A stretch of DNA of 64,000 nt from Gnetum montanum (GCA_015680685.1 MNCI01002561.1:218986-282985), one strand, 5' to 3'; positions 39,801 through 51,457 are shown, numbered from the stretch's first letter. Made by a program: numbers and translations. Notes: generated from the letters alone by a model not told the origin.

Positions 39801-41166
39801 GCAAACGCCCTGGAATATCGCTTATGAAAATGAATGATGTCATCCTTAGTCTAAGCTAATACGGCTCCATGGAGAGTGGGACCTGCCATGAAGGTCTATC
39901 AAGTGGTGTGAGCCAGTGCAAGTCCATCATCACCTATGCATATTCCATCTTTGTCAACTTGGGGCCTGCAAATGAACGGTCGTCAAAACAGGAGCAAACA
40001 CTAAACAATAGAATAGAAATGACAAATTAAACAACATTACCTCTCCACCCTGTACACCGTGCCCGGAGGATTCTGAAATAATGTATGCGCACAAGTGGCC
40101 AAAAATAAGGTGTTATTGAGATAGTAAGGGCCACGTGGCAATAAGTCCCATACACGCGATAACGGATGGGTAGATCTAGGCCCTCCAGAGGGAGCATCCT
40201 CAATCACAAGCGGTCCCTCGTCAATGTCCACCATGAAAGCCATAACGTTGATTGAAGATCCTGGCAACATTTTCTCAAGCACACTTTGTGCTAATTTTTC
40301 ACTTAGATGGGACTATATTACTACTCTGAATCCATCCAAAATGAAGGCAAGGAACTCATAGGCCCCTTCCCTAAACCATACCCCATTGTTATCAATGGTC
40401 ATATCAGTGGTAGGTTCATCAGAATCAATGGGCCCAATCCATGCCAAAACCCCAACCAACTCAACCACTATGAGGAAAGGCTTAGGATCATTGCAAATAC
40501 CTAGAATGCCATGGTAAATCAGTTATACATGAAAATGAAATAATGAAACGAAGTTCCACATTTGGGGCCAATACTTCAAAAAAAGTTACAAACTATTTAC
40601 GCTCAGCGTGCAGACCCTGCACGCTGGAAAAACTGTTTACGCTTAACGTGCAGACCCTGCACTCTGGAAAAACTATTTATTTTCAGCGTGTAGACCCTGC
40701 ATGGTGGAAAAGTTGTTTACGCTCAGCGTGCAGACCTTGCACGCTGGAAAAGTTGTTTACACTCAGCGTGCAAACCCTACACGTTGAAAAAGCTATTTAC
40801 GCTCAACGTGCAGACCCTGCACGCTAGAAAAACTATTTACACTCAGCGTGCAGACCCTGCACATTGGAAAAATCATTTACGCTCAGCATGCAGACCCTGC
40901 ATGCTGTGAAAACTATTTATGCTCAGTGTCGTCCCCGTATGCCGAAACATACAACCAGAGACCTCGTGCAAATCTTGTACGTCCAGATAGCAAATACAAA
41001 AGAAAGCAATTAACCGAGGCAAGATTAGAGCCTACCTGCACACCGATCCAGGCCACGATGGAATCCTAGCCCTAGGCAAACACTGAAGCATGGCCTCACT
41101 TTCCTCTGCGAAGGTCAAGCTAGGTCCCTTCCTCTGCTGGCCTTCTACTTCCTTTCCCTTACCCAT
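36825..41166 (-). pseudogene. Antisense 8-exon accessory gene of C (~1080 codons, several internal stops): FCP1/NIF-like domain, Athila-ORF-like domain, acidic and coiled-coil regions
   Basis: Exons 41166-41036, 40490-40041, 39965-39694, 39602-38553, 38437-38189, 38104-37901, 37808-37024, 36926-36825; phases join; the exon 2 acceptor reads CAA where B has CAG. Confidence 0.85.
40590..40925. repeat. ~40-bp tandem array with internal palindrome (CAGCGTGCAG-ACC-CTGCACGCTG) in intron 1 of the antisense gene
   Basis: About 8 copies visible. Confidence 0.9.
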
Positions 41167-41823
41167 CGCTTTACGCCGAGCTGAACCCTGCACGCTGGGG
41201 TTTGGTCCTATACGCTGCAGTAATCTCTGCATGTTGGGGTTATAACCCTATATGCCACAGTAATCTCTGCATGCTGGGGTTTTAACCATGTACGCTTGGG
41301 TCTTATCTTGTACGCTACACCGAACCCTACATGCCGAAGATGACTGTGCCTTCACGCTGATGCCGTGGTTCCGAGGTTCATGCTGAAAATGTTGCCTGAA
41401 GTCCACATTCATGTTGAAACTATCACCTAAAATGTATGTTCACGTTGCGACTTGGATGTACGTTCACACTACAACTTGGGTTTACGCTTACGCTGCGACT
41501 TGGGTTTACGCTCACACTGCGATTTGGCTCAGGTTCACACTGCCTTTGTTGATTGACAGGTTCATGCTCACGCCTTGCATTATATATACCACTATGTTGA
41601 CCTCGCCACTGCTGCCTCCGCCTTGAATATTTTATTCAATCTAATCAAAGTTAATCAAAGTACAAAGTATGGGCAAATGCAAAACAAAAATAATGAGATA
41701 ATGAACACTACCACATACCATATTCCTTTGCAAAGCAATTCCGCTTGTCCACACTGAACATTTTGGCGCAAACCACTCAGTATAGATCATACATCAACTA
41801 GACATCATCAATGAATGGTTAAA

Positions 41824-41940
41824 CGCCCGGTAAGGCCTTAAACTGCCACATTCAGCCCGGTAAGGCCTTAAACTGCCACATTCGGCCCGGTAAGGCCTTA
41901 AACTGCAACATTCGGCCCAGTAAGGCCTTAAACTGCCATG
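41824..41940 (+). repeat. 30-bp tandem repeat (GCCCGGTAAGGCCTTAAACTGCCACATTC) x4 upstream of RT
   Basis: Directly visible. Confidence 0.92.
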
Positions 41941-42059
41941 TGTCCATGTACGACGGTAAACTACCACCGCATACGTACACATAATTTACGTTACCTAGAA
42001 ATGCATAACAACCCCTACTAGCTCACTCTACCCTCTATTTATTAGTAGGAGCAAGCTTG

Positions 42060-42960
42060 ATGGATTACCAACATCTATTCACACCATTGACCATCGATGG
42101 ACCATACGGAAAGATTACAAGAGAAATCAACATAAATTCCATCAACTTAGGTCCATCAACAGATGATATATTCGTAGCCTCAATGCAACAAACATGAGAC
42201 AACTATGAAGGTATGACAAAATCCCTGGAAATAGAAGCTGATAGCATCACTGAAGACCCTTTAACTGAAATCCCTGTAACCATGCCTAACGACGAAGTTA
42301 AGATATTAAAATTGAGCACATTATTGCCGCCTCAACTTACCAAAAGTATAGAACACGTGCTTCAAGACAACATAAAAGCATTCTCTTGGTCTTACATTGA
42401 CATGCCTGGGTTAGATCCTCGAATCATACAACACAATATTATACTCGATACAAAATTAAGGCCAGTGAAACAAAAAGCACGAAAGGTTAAGCCTGAGGTA
42501 GCATTGGTAGTTCACAATGAGATCACTAAACTTTATCAGGCTGGGTTCATACGGGTTGTTGACTATGCTAACTGGGTATCCAACATGGTCATTGTCCCAA
42601 AGAAGAACAGAAGCATTCGCCTCTGCATCGACTTTCGGGACCTCAACATTGCGACCATAAAAGATGATTTTCCCTTGCCTAGCATTGATCAACTAGTTGA
42701 TTCGACCACTGGACATGCCTTTTTATCTTTCATGGATGGCTTTTTAGGATATAACCAGATACGCATTAACCTAGAACATCAGCTCAGGATTACCTTTATG
42801 ACACCATGGGGGACTTTTTATTACACGATGATATCATTCGGTCTTAAGAACGTTGGGGCCATGTATCAAAGGGAAATGACATTTAATTTTAGCGATTACA
42901 TACTTCATTCGCTCAATGATTATGTGGATAAAATTGCAATTAAATCAAAAACACTAGAGC
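42060..42960 (+). pseudogene. pol: Reverse transcriptase N-terminal part of C, truncated by E
   Basis: FSWSYIDMPGLD, WVSNMVIVPKK, RLCIDFRDLN, FMDGFLGYNQI, FGLKNVGA, YVDK. Confidence 0.93.
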
Positions 42961-44555
42961 TGAAACACCGTAGAAATTGTGAATCAGCCTAAGGCGAAGA
43001 TTCATGATTCGGGCAAAAGTTTGCGATAGAAATCCAGGAGACAGAACAAGGCAAAGAGGCACGCAGCATCAAGTCTCCAAGTTTCTTACAAATTTCAACC
43101 TTACCTTGTTTTCTCTCTTTACGCTACATTACACAACATAGCGTAGTGTCACTCAGCGTAACTCTGTTTAACATAGCCCTATATCAGAAAGTAACTTAAT
43201 TTGGTGAATTGGATGAAGTTTAAGGTCTAAGAGTTGTTGCATATTCTGCTAAGTCTTTTGTTCAAGGCTGATTTTATGCTCCGTTACGCAAAGCAGCGTA
43301 ACGAGTTTCAAGGAAGTCAAAGTCAGAGTCCAAGGAAGCGCAACATATTGATTTCTTCTTTTTTTCAGATTGGTTGCTTTATGCTTATTACGCTACACAG
43401 CGTGAACAAGTGTAACTTATTGTAAAGTTGACCATTTTTACGCTCTATTACGCTTTGCAGCGTAAATAAGCGTAAAACAACTTGAATCAACTACTTCCAT
43501 GCTCTATTACGCTTTGCCACGCTATGTAGCGTAAACGAGCGTAATATAGCCTAAAGTTAACTAAGGCAGTACCCGACACACATCTGCTATCCATACGCAT
43601 AATATGCTCATCAACGTATCGCAGCGTAATCATAAGATGGCTTCAGCAGAAGTGGTTGATAGCATACTTTGCGCCCTTTCCCAAAAATGTGATGCGACAT
43701 GACCAGTTTCAACATAAAGTTTGCCAAGTCAACGGTATTTTGAAGGTTCGAGACATGTATCATCAGGGTCGTGCCTTCTCCACATACTACTAAACCTATA
43801 AATACTCCAATTGGCGAAGAAAGAAGGGGATCTTCTTTTTGGCAACATCACCTCTTAGCAGAGACAGAAGACATTGTTGAGCATTGGCAGCAGGAGCGAT
43901 CAGTCTTTTGGTGAAAATACAGTTCTCTCCATTAGCAATCATTAGTAGCATTGAGCAGAAACTACCGAAGGCAAAAAGAGCAGATTAGAGATCGAGAGAT
44001 CATCTGGTGCGGTTGGCAAGGTTTATTGATCAGAAACAGTTGATCGATAAACATCCAGGCTTAACCTTCCTTGCATCCCATCTTTGGCTTACGAGGTAGA
44101 CCGAGCTTCATTCTGTACTCCTTGTTGAACATTTTTCTTGTTGCTTTGTGTATGCTTCGCACAGGATAAGCAAAGTTTGCTATTGGAACTTTGTATACAA
44201 TATACTCAGTCTTTGAATCAAAACATAGATCTTGGAATTGCGCACTTTTCTAAATATGATCCTCTTTGTCGTGTTGACGTTGTCATTATTTCTATTTATT
44301 TACATCATTTTTTACTCCTTCTACGATTCATCGAATCAATTTTTCTCGTGGAATATCTATATAATACACATATTATTACGATATTCATCAATTTACTGAT
44401 TGAGTAAGTCTCTGCCTGATCGACAAGACCATTCAGGGCACCACGGATTCATTTTCTCCAGCACGGCCCTCGCATGGATCTGTGGTTAAGACTGTGTACA
44501 CGGATTTTCATTCAATATTTTCCAGCAACCGACATTTTCCATCGTTACAGTTTTT

Positions 44556-44583
44556 TGGCACTAGAAGGAGGGCTTGAACCTCC
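44556..44583 (+). promoter_or_regulatory. Extended (28-nt) tRNA-Asn PBS of E
   Basis: TGGCACTAGAAGGAGGGCTTGAACCTCC includes the complement of the T-arm GGAGGTTCAAG. Confidence 0.8.
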
Positions 44584-44831
44584 AATTCGTATTTTACGGG
44601 TAGCCCTGTAAGCGATCCATACCCACGTCCATAAAAACGTAAACGTAATACCTCTAGGGAAGTTTGCGAAAAATCATGTGGTGTAGATTGGTCACAGCAA
44701 CGATTCCTTTGGAATCCTACAGGGTAAAAATCCCAATCATAATTCTATTTGGCCATCGCCTTTTAGATCTTATCGTTTGTTGTCATTAACCTATCTGAGA
44801 AATAGATTCTGCATATGCAACCACTACTGCT

Positions 44832-46337
44832 ATGATCACAATCGACTCGGGTGCCACATCCGTAAATCCCATCACCATTACCGGATTAGCTTCTGGTGTA
44901 ATAGGACCTCAGGGACCGTCACGTCGTTCATTGAGATTACAGGGGAAAGATCCTTCACTCACCTTCTTGACTCCTAAAGAGTATAATTTCATTTGCGTCA
45001 AGATCCAGGCAAAGCTTGCTCTTACCCGAGCCGAGATGGAGGCAAAAGAAAATTATGAGCTGATCCACAGAGGGGGCCAAGATTTCACCCCTACCACGTA
45101 TGACATTATCCCCCTGACCGAACAATATCATGAACTCCTAACCCAACTGGTTATGGCTAGGAGTCAGACTACACAGTCCATTCTAGAACCTCAAAATGGG
45201 GAAGAAGAGGAAGATGAATTCGCAGCCCAATCTAAACACGCAGATTCATACCATACCCTCAGCCCCCATACATACATAAATCCCTTCTTTCCTCTCACCG
45301 GAGAAGCCGCCCATCTCAACTCAGTCATGACTACCCAAACCCATATTCCTGTCATACCACAGGCCACTACGTAATCCTCAGTCTTACAAGTACAAATACC
45401 ATCTCAAAATAACATGGGGGTAGTCTCATCGTCACATGTAATCAGTATTCCGTCGGTGGTACCTGCGTCCACCGTACCCCATTTCATCCCCCAAGTGCAA
45501 CCCCATGCCACGCCTATAACCCGCCCGGTGCAAAATCCAATGCAAACCTTATCGTCACAACCCATTGCAAGGCAACAAATCACAACTACCGTTCAATCGC
45601 AGCGATCCGTTCAACAACCCACAGCTGGTCAGTGGATCATGCTTGTTGCACAACACGATCAATCTACATTATATGGTATGCAACCCTTAGCCGTATCTAC
45701 CACACATGTCCCACAAATAAACACACAATATCCTTATAATCTCCATCCCACACAACCGGCGACGACCAATTTCTCTGCACAACCTGTTGGGTGGTGGCTT
45801 TCACAGGTAGCTCCATCCGTGGGGATAGTCCCTGTTGTGTCGTCTATCAGCCAGGCCATCACTCCATTCCCATTACCTGGCACTGCTCTTTCAATCCAAC
45901 CCCATGCTCCTCCTATGTAGACTTCTTCATCACCAAGTCTGGATCAAGATTTTTCGCTTATTCAGACCCTCACTGAGGAAGTTAGGTGCCTTAAAGTTGC
46001 TGGCTCTAATACGATACAAGTCATGGATTTCTACTAGGATGATCCTATCAGCCCAGTGGTTCCTATGCTGTTTTTGCCTCTAGGGATGTCATTGCCCCAT
46101 TTTACTAAATATAATGGGGAAGGAGATCCTAATGCTCACCTTGTTACCTTCAGGTCTGAATCCTTGTTATTGCAGCAATGGCCTCATACGATTATCCGTG
46201 TCTTTGCAATGTCTCTGGCAGGGAAAGCTTTGGACTAGTATCGAGCACTCCCTCGCTCTTCCATCTCAACCTTGGAAGAGCTCCTAAGAAAATTCATGAC
46301 TTGCTTTAAATACAATTTAAAGCCAGAAGTCACGCAT
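44832..46337 (+). pseudogene. gag: Truncated gag of E
   Basis: RRSLRLQGK..YNFICVKIQA; LPHFTKYNGEGDPNAHL..FAMSLAGKALD. Confidence 0.88.
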
Positions 46338-46470
46338 AGGTAGAGATCCTGTTTAGTCCTTTTGTTAGGAAGATGTGATAGGTGTTAATTTTGAAATAGA
46401 TTCTCTCTTCAAGGGTGAGTTCCCCATATGTTTTTTCCTCCTTTTCATACATCCTCTTTAGCCATACTTT

Positions 46471-46791
46471 TCATGCATCAGCATCGAAGCGGGTGGAAAA
46501 ATGAGCAACTTTGGGCCCTATATTCAAAGGATTCAAAACTTCCAAAATGGCCTTCACAGAGAAATCAATTGAAATTCCACCAATTTCAATAGTGGTGCAT
46601 TCCTCTTTATTATGCCAAAATTGATAAGTCTCCCCCAAATACCATTCACCACTCTCCAAGAGAATAGGCCATGGTGGAGATCCTTTGAGTTGATCTTTGA
46701 CCAACTTAGGGGAAAATTTGGTAAAAGGTCCAAAATTAAGTTCCACGATTACTACAATGATGTGGACCTTTCCTGAATTTCCTAAACACAT
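46471..46791 (-). pseudogene. Fragment of an Athila-type 3' accessory (env-like) ORF
   Basis: YLGETYQFWHN..IEIGGISIDFSVKAILEVL resembles the FY.N..VRG..IDFS..IN..L motif of these ORFs. Confidence 0.5.
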
Positions 46792-49700
46792 TATTTAGGT
46801 GCCCTACCTTATCCACCTTCTACTTGCTTGGATTGTGAAATAATAGGGGTTTCTTGATGGATGCTAAATGATTATGCCTCCTGTTCTGCATGTTCTATGT
46901 GAGGTCCTTGGCCTCTGCCTCTCCTTGGACATTTGGATGCACCTTGAGAAGGTCCTTCCTATTGTCCTTATTTAGGGGCCATATGTAATCACACCAGGAT
47001 CAATTGTTAGTAAGGGCATTTAACAAAATTTAATTATCTTATACCTTACTCATTATCTTTAATAAATTTTGAAATTTAATTACTTAGTGTTATCTCAAAG
47101 TTAGAAATTTTCAAGGAAATCCCTCTAAAAGTTTTAATATCAAGCCCAATTTGATTTGCTAACTCCAATAATAATTTTCATGATTTGGGTAAAGGAATAA
47201 AATTAGTTTGGCATAAGTTTTTAGCATTTCTTAAGATCACTTACCCCTATGATATTCTTTGGATGACAGTGAATTTTGAAAACGTTTTGCACAACTTAGA
47301 GTGTACCCTTCCCCCATGACTGAGTTAAACACTCCAGGTTTAAGTAGGTTTGATCAGAAGGAGAATCAGAGCATTAATGAGGGAGATATTGATGGTTGAA
47401 TGGTAGGTGTGCAAAGCATGAAAAATCATGAAAGAAAATTGTAGCAACTCTCCTTGTGTAAATGGTTGAAAATGATGTTGATGTGCGCGGGGGGTCCATA
47501 TATATAGGTTTTATGGACACGATATTGTGTACATGCTAGTGTAAACTTGATATTGTATCAAACCTGATACTAGGTACTCGATATCACATCCCTTTCAAAA
47601 TAGGATACTTACTAAAATTGATGAATTTTCAAGTTTTCATGGCAAAAAATGAAGGATTTGAGGCAGAGTTGAAAAGTTTGGGGTAATGTTAAGTGGTCAT
47701 TAAGGCATCAAAAGTGTAATGAAGTGGAATTATACAATGAATTTCTTGAATAGGGTGATAAAAAAGGACATGTATTGGTGCACAGGAATGTTTGGGTTGA
47801 AATGATGATAAAGGAAAGAATAAGTTCAACAATGCAGGACTCAAAGGGTATAAGATGATGTGGTGATGTGCAATAAGTATAAATCACAAAAGTTACTCAA
47901 GTGGGTCCTCCCCAAAGTAGGTTCCAACCTATCATGCCCATGCATAACCACACCTTAAAATGTCTATAGGTACTAGAAGGGTTAAATGCAATTTGCACCA
48001 GTGCAACAAAACACACACATGTTAAATACCACTATGATGAAGTATGAATTCTATGCCACACAAGACATGACTAAGAGATACTTGGACAGTTGAATGAGAC
48101 AAATCATAGAAGGGATTACAAAGATCGGGATGTGAGGTAACTTACCCTAGGCATAATGAATCCAAAGTGTTGTGCATGATTAAGGTACCATAAGCCTTTC
48201 ACTCCAAGATCACAACTAAGTCCACACCTCTAATTAGTAACATCACATTGCTTCATCCCGATGATAGATAATCATAAGAGCATCATGACAGTAAGGTGTA
48301 CGATCACTTGGTACTTTGTGCAAGGGAGAAGTAATTTGAATTTTTTTGTGGTACATTTTTCTTGATATTTTCTTTTCTATTTTTCTTCTTTCTTTTCTTT
48401 TTCTTCTTCTAGCTGCTTTGGCACTTTATCTTTGCCCCAAGGTGATTTGGAGAAGCTGCCAATCTTTAGGCATGGGTGCATGTTTTTGTAGTGGGACTTC
48501 CCAGTATAACATTGAGTTTCTTTATTGAGCGCCTTTATTACTACTCTTACTCCCATTTTTCATTAGATCTACAAGGATCTTAGTACAACCAAGTTGCATG
48601 ATAGCACCTAAAAATGTCACCAAAGAGAATCTACAAGCCCCCTTGATGTCACACCCTTTCCATTCCCTCTTAGTTCATCACTCCTCATGCTGGGAATAAT
48701 GAGTAAAAAGTTACTTTAAGTTTTGATGATGACATGAATATCATCATACCCAGAGTAGGACCTCTTATTAATAGAGTGGGTGGGTGGATGTTGTGGGCTC
48801 ACTATCCAAATAATTAGTCCCTTATGACTCGATAGCATAGAACAACACCTCAACTGACTAGTTACATGAGTAGTTTTATTCATAGATGAGATTACCCACA
48901 AAAGAGAAAATGACAAATTGAAAAATAAGAAATTGTAAAATCAAAGAAAACGAAAAACATTTACTAATTTTGCTTGTTATAATGGGGGGTATCCCCCATG
49001 ACTAAACCTTTGAACATGGCAAGAATTAATAAATGAAAAGTTTAGATCCATGCATGTTGGAAATATTGGTGTCTAGTCATATCCAAACCATTGGGTGTCT
49101 TTTGGTGTGGTGGTAAGAATGTACCCAAATTTGGGTTCACACACATGATTAAAGTAGGCATAGTGGGGCATATTATAAGATGTGATCATGCGATAAGAAG
49201 CTAACCCACTATGGCACCCATGATCATAAGATGGTATGCAAGGATTGATATGTCTTCTCATGTTGACATATTCATTGGGTAGCATGGTTTTTGGAGTGTT
49301 AATTAGTTTTCTAGATAAGGTAATAGGAGGCATTGAGTTCAAAGAGAAAGGTGCATCACAATGTTGAGCTTGTGTTGAGTTGGAGGATGTAGTGGCTTCA
49401 AGATTATGCTATCACTTCCTATAGCCATGCCTAAAGAAAAGGACACTTTCAACATTGTGGAGGACTCCCACTACTACTGACAAAGCAACACAAGTAATGT
49501 TCATTGGTTGGTCTTGTCGTACAAAACCTTCCAATACCACTAGTGGCAATGTAGAAGGGGTGAAGGATGAGAATATTAAGAACAAGGAGAAGTGTAAGGA
49601 ACATGAGATGGTGATCCCATGGGAGAGGACATGGGTTGATGATACTCGAGAGTGATAACGATGAGATGAAGTAGAGGATGTTGATCCAATTTTAGAAACA

Positions 49701-50236
49701 AGGTGTTGAACATAATAAGTACTTGGCTTCAGATGGGATGAAGGATGTGGCCAATTTAGCGATGGCCTCCCCCACAACTGGGGGTTTTGGTACTATTAGA
49801 CATGGCACTTTTGTATGAAATTTGGATGTAGCATTCCTCCCCAATGCTCATGTAAATGCGACAAGACTAGGCATTGGCATTTGGGATGATTATATAGACA
49901 AACATCTCATTAATACTTATGATTTTCAGTTAAGCCCCTATCCTTATTTTCTTCAACCCTTCTTTCCAATTGTCAAATGGTGTTCTATCCTGTTTCTAAG
50001 TTTGGCATCCTCTATTTGTTCTAGTTGTTAGAGTTATTTTGCATGGTTCTACCTCTAATAATGTTTTCATATTCTCCACATTCTTCATGTACCCACTCCA
50101 TAATTTTATTGATCTTTTCCTTGATTTCATCTAGCAATTTTAGTGTTGGCAAGGATGAAAACGATTCCACCTCCTCGTAGTGAGTTTATTTCTCCTCTTC
50201 ATGATTATGGACCTTCATTACTTTAAGAGTTTGGTC

Positions 50237-51187
50237 CTATTGAGATCTTTCAAAATTCTCCCATTTGGCCATCTCTCCTTCTTCTTTTGATACCCACTTA
50301 ATAAGCTCTTGGAATTGGTGGGTTCGTAGTTCATATAGTTGACCTAGGGCATACATCCCTAGGGTTTCCCTTCTTTCATTACGAAGCCCATCCATGAGGT
50401 GATACATTCGCCTTTCCATGGAGAACCCATGGCCTAGGTAGTTGTTTAATAGTGAGTAATATCTTTCTAAGGCCATGTCCAAAGGTTCATGTTGCCCTTG
50501 TTTCCATTCTTTGATTTTTCTCCTCAAGGCTGACACTCTTGCACAAGTTTGATATCTTTCGTTGAAGAGTTCTACCATTGTTAGCCAACGGTGAATTGAT
50601 TTTGACTTTAAAGACCTGTACCATACTTTTTCTTGGTCAATGAGTGTCATAGGAAAGAGCCTATGTCTTTTCCACCCATTATCAATGTTGTTCCATGCAC
50701 AGGCATCATAGAAGGCTTGTAAATGTTGTTGCAAATCTAAATCATAGCCTCCTGAGAGCTTGGAAAATTTGTTTAAATCAAGCCTAGGTAGATGGCTTTC
50801 CTTGTGATACCTATAGGATATTTGAATAGCCTTTGTTATATGCAATAGGGTCTTAGTGGCTAGCAAGGTTTCATCTTCACTAAATAGGTTGTGAGTTTGT
50901 GAGTTGAGACGATGTTGTCTATGTTCATGTTGGCATTCCTGATTTTGCCTACGGGTTTGATTTTTATTGCTATGCCAACCCCTAGAGGAATAATCATCTA
51001 TGCCACAACCTAATGTTGAGAGAGTAGAGGAAGAGAGAGAACTGAAAGAATAATCTTGAATTTTGTAAGTCTCCCAATCATCCCCTGATATACTCTTGCT
51101 AACCATTGAGAAGGTCCTAGGCCTTACAAGCCCCCTTGTTCTAGGAGATGTCCCATCCTCACTAGAGGTGTCTGAGTTGGATGACAA
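50237..51187 (-). CDS. gag: Athila-like gag
   Basis: HLQAFYDAC..RLFPMTL..KVWY.SL..SI..W..M...F.ERY..KQGQHEPL..ERY..LL...GHGFS. Confidence 0.85.
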   Translation of the reverse strand: MSSNSDTSSEDGTSPRTRGLVRPRTFSMVSKSISGDDWETYKIQDYSFSSLSSSTLSTLGCGIDDYSSRGWHSNKNQTRRQNQECQHEHRQHRLNSQTHNLFSEDETLLATKTLLHITKAIQISYRYHKESHLPRLDLNKFSKLSGGYDLDLQQHLQAFYDACAWNNIDNGWKRHRLFPMTLIDQEKVWYRSLKSKSIHRWLTMVELFNERYQTCARVSALRRKIKEWKQGQHEPLDMALERYYSLLNNYLGHGFSMERRMYHLMDGLRNERRETLGMYALGQLYELRTHQFQELIKWVSKEEGEMAKWENFERSQ

Positions 51188-51457
51188 GAGTCCTTGAGTA
51201 TTGTTATGGTGTTTATAAACATATGTAACTCCTACATAAGATTGAGTACTTTAAACTTCTTCTTTGTCATAAATTTTATTGGTTCTCCAATGAATTACCT
51301 CGCTAGTTGTTGTGTTATCATTGTCATGTGAAAGAGACATTATTTTGAATCATGTGTGACTTAATTGAATTTAATTTAATCTCTTTTATCTAAAAGATAT
51401 ATCATACCTTGTTATAGAGATCTTATATGATATAACTAATCTAGATAACTAGCAGCA

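Larger units (their letters stand above)
30158..42960 (+). mobile_element. Tat-type element C: 5' LTR, PBS, gag-PR, antisense 8-exon gene, RT (cut by E)
   Basis: LTR TG..CA, PBS and domain order as seen in the ORF track. Confidence 0.9.
42961..46337 (+). mobile_element. Tat-type element E: 5' LTR (42961-44549), PBS and truncated gag
   Basis: TGAAACACC start inside the C RT; ...GTTACA end; TATA-like CCTATAAATA near 43795; gag homology. Confidence 0.87.
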
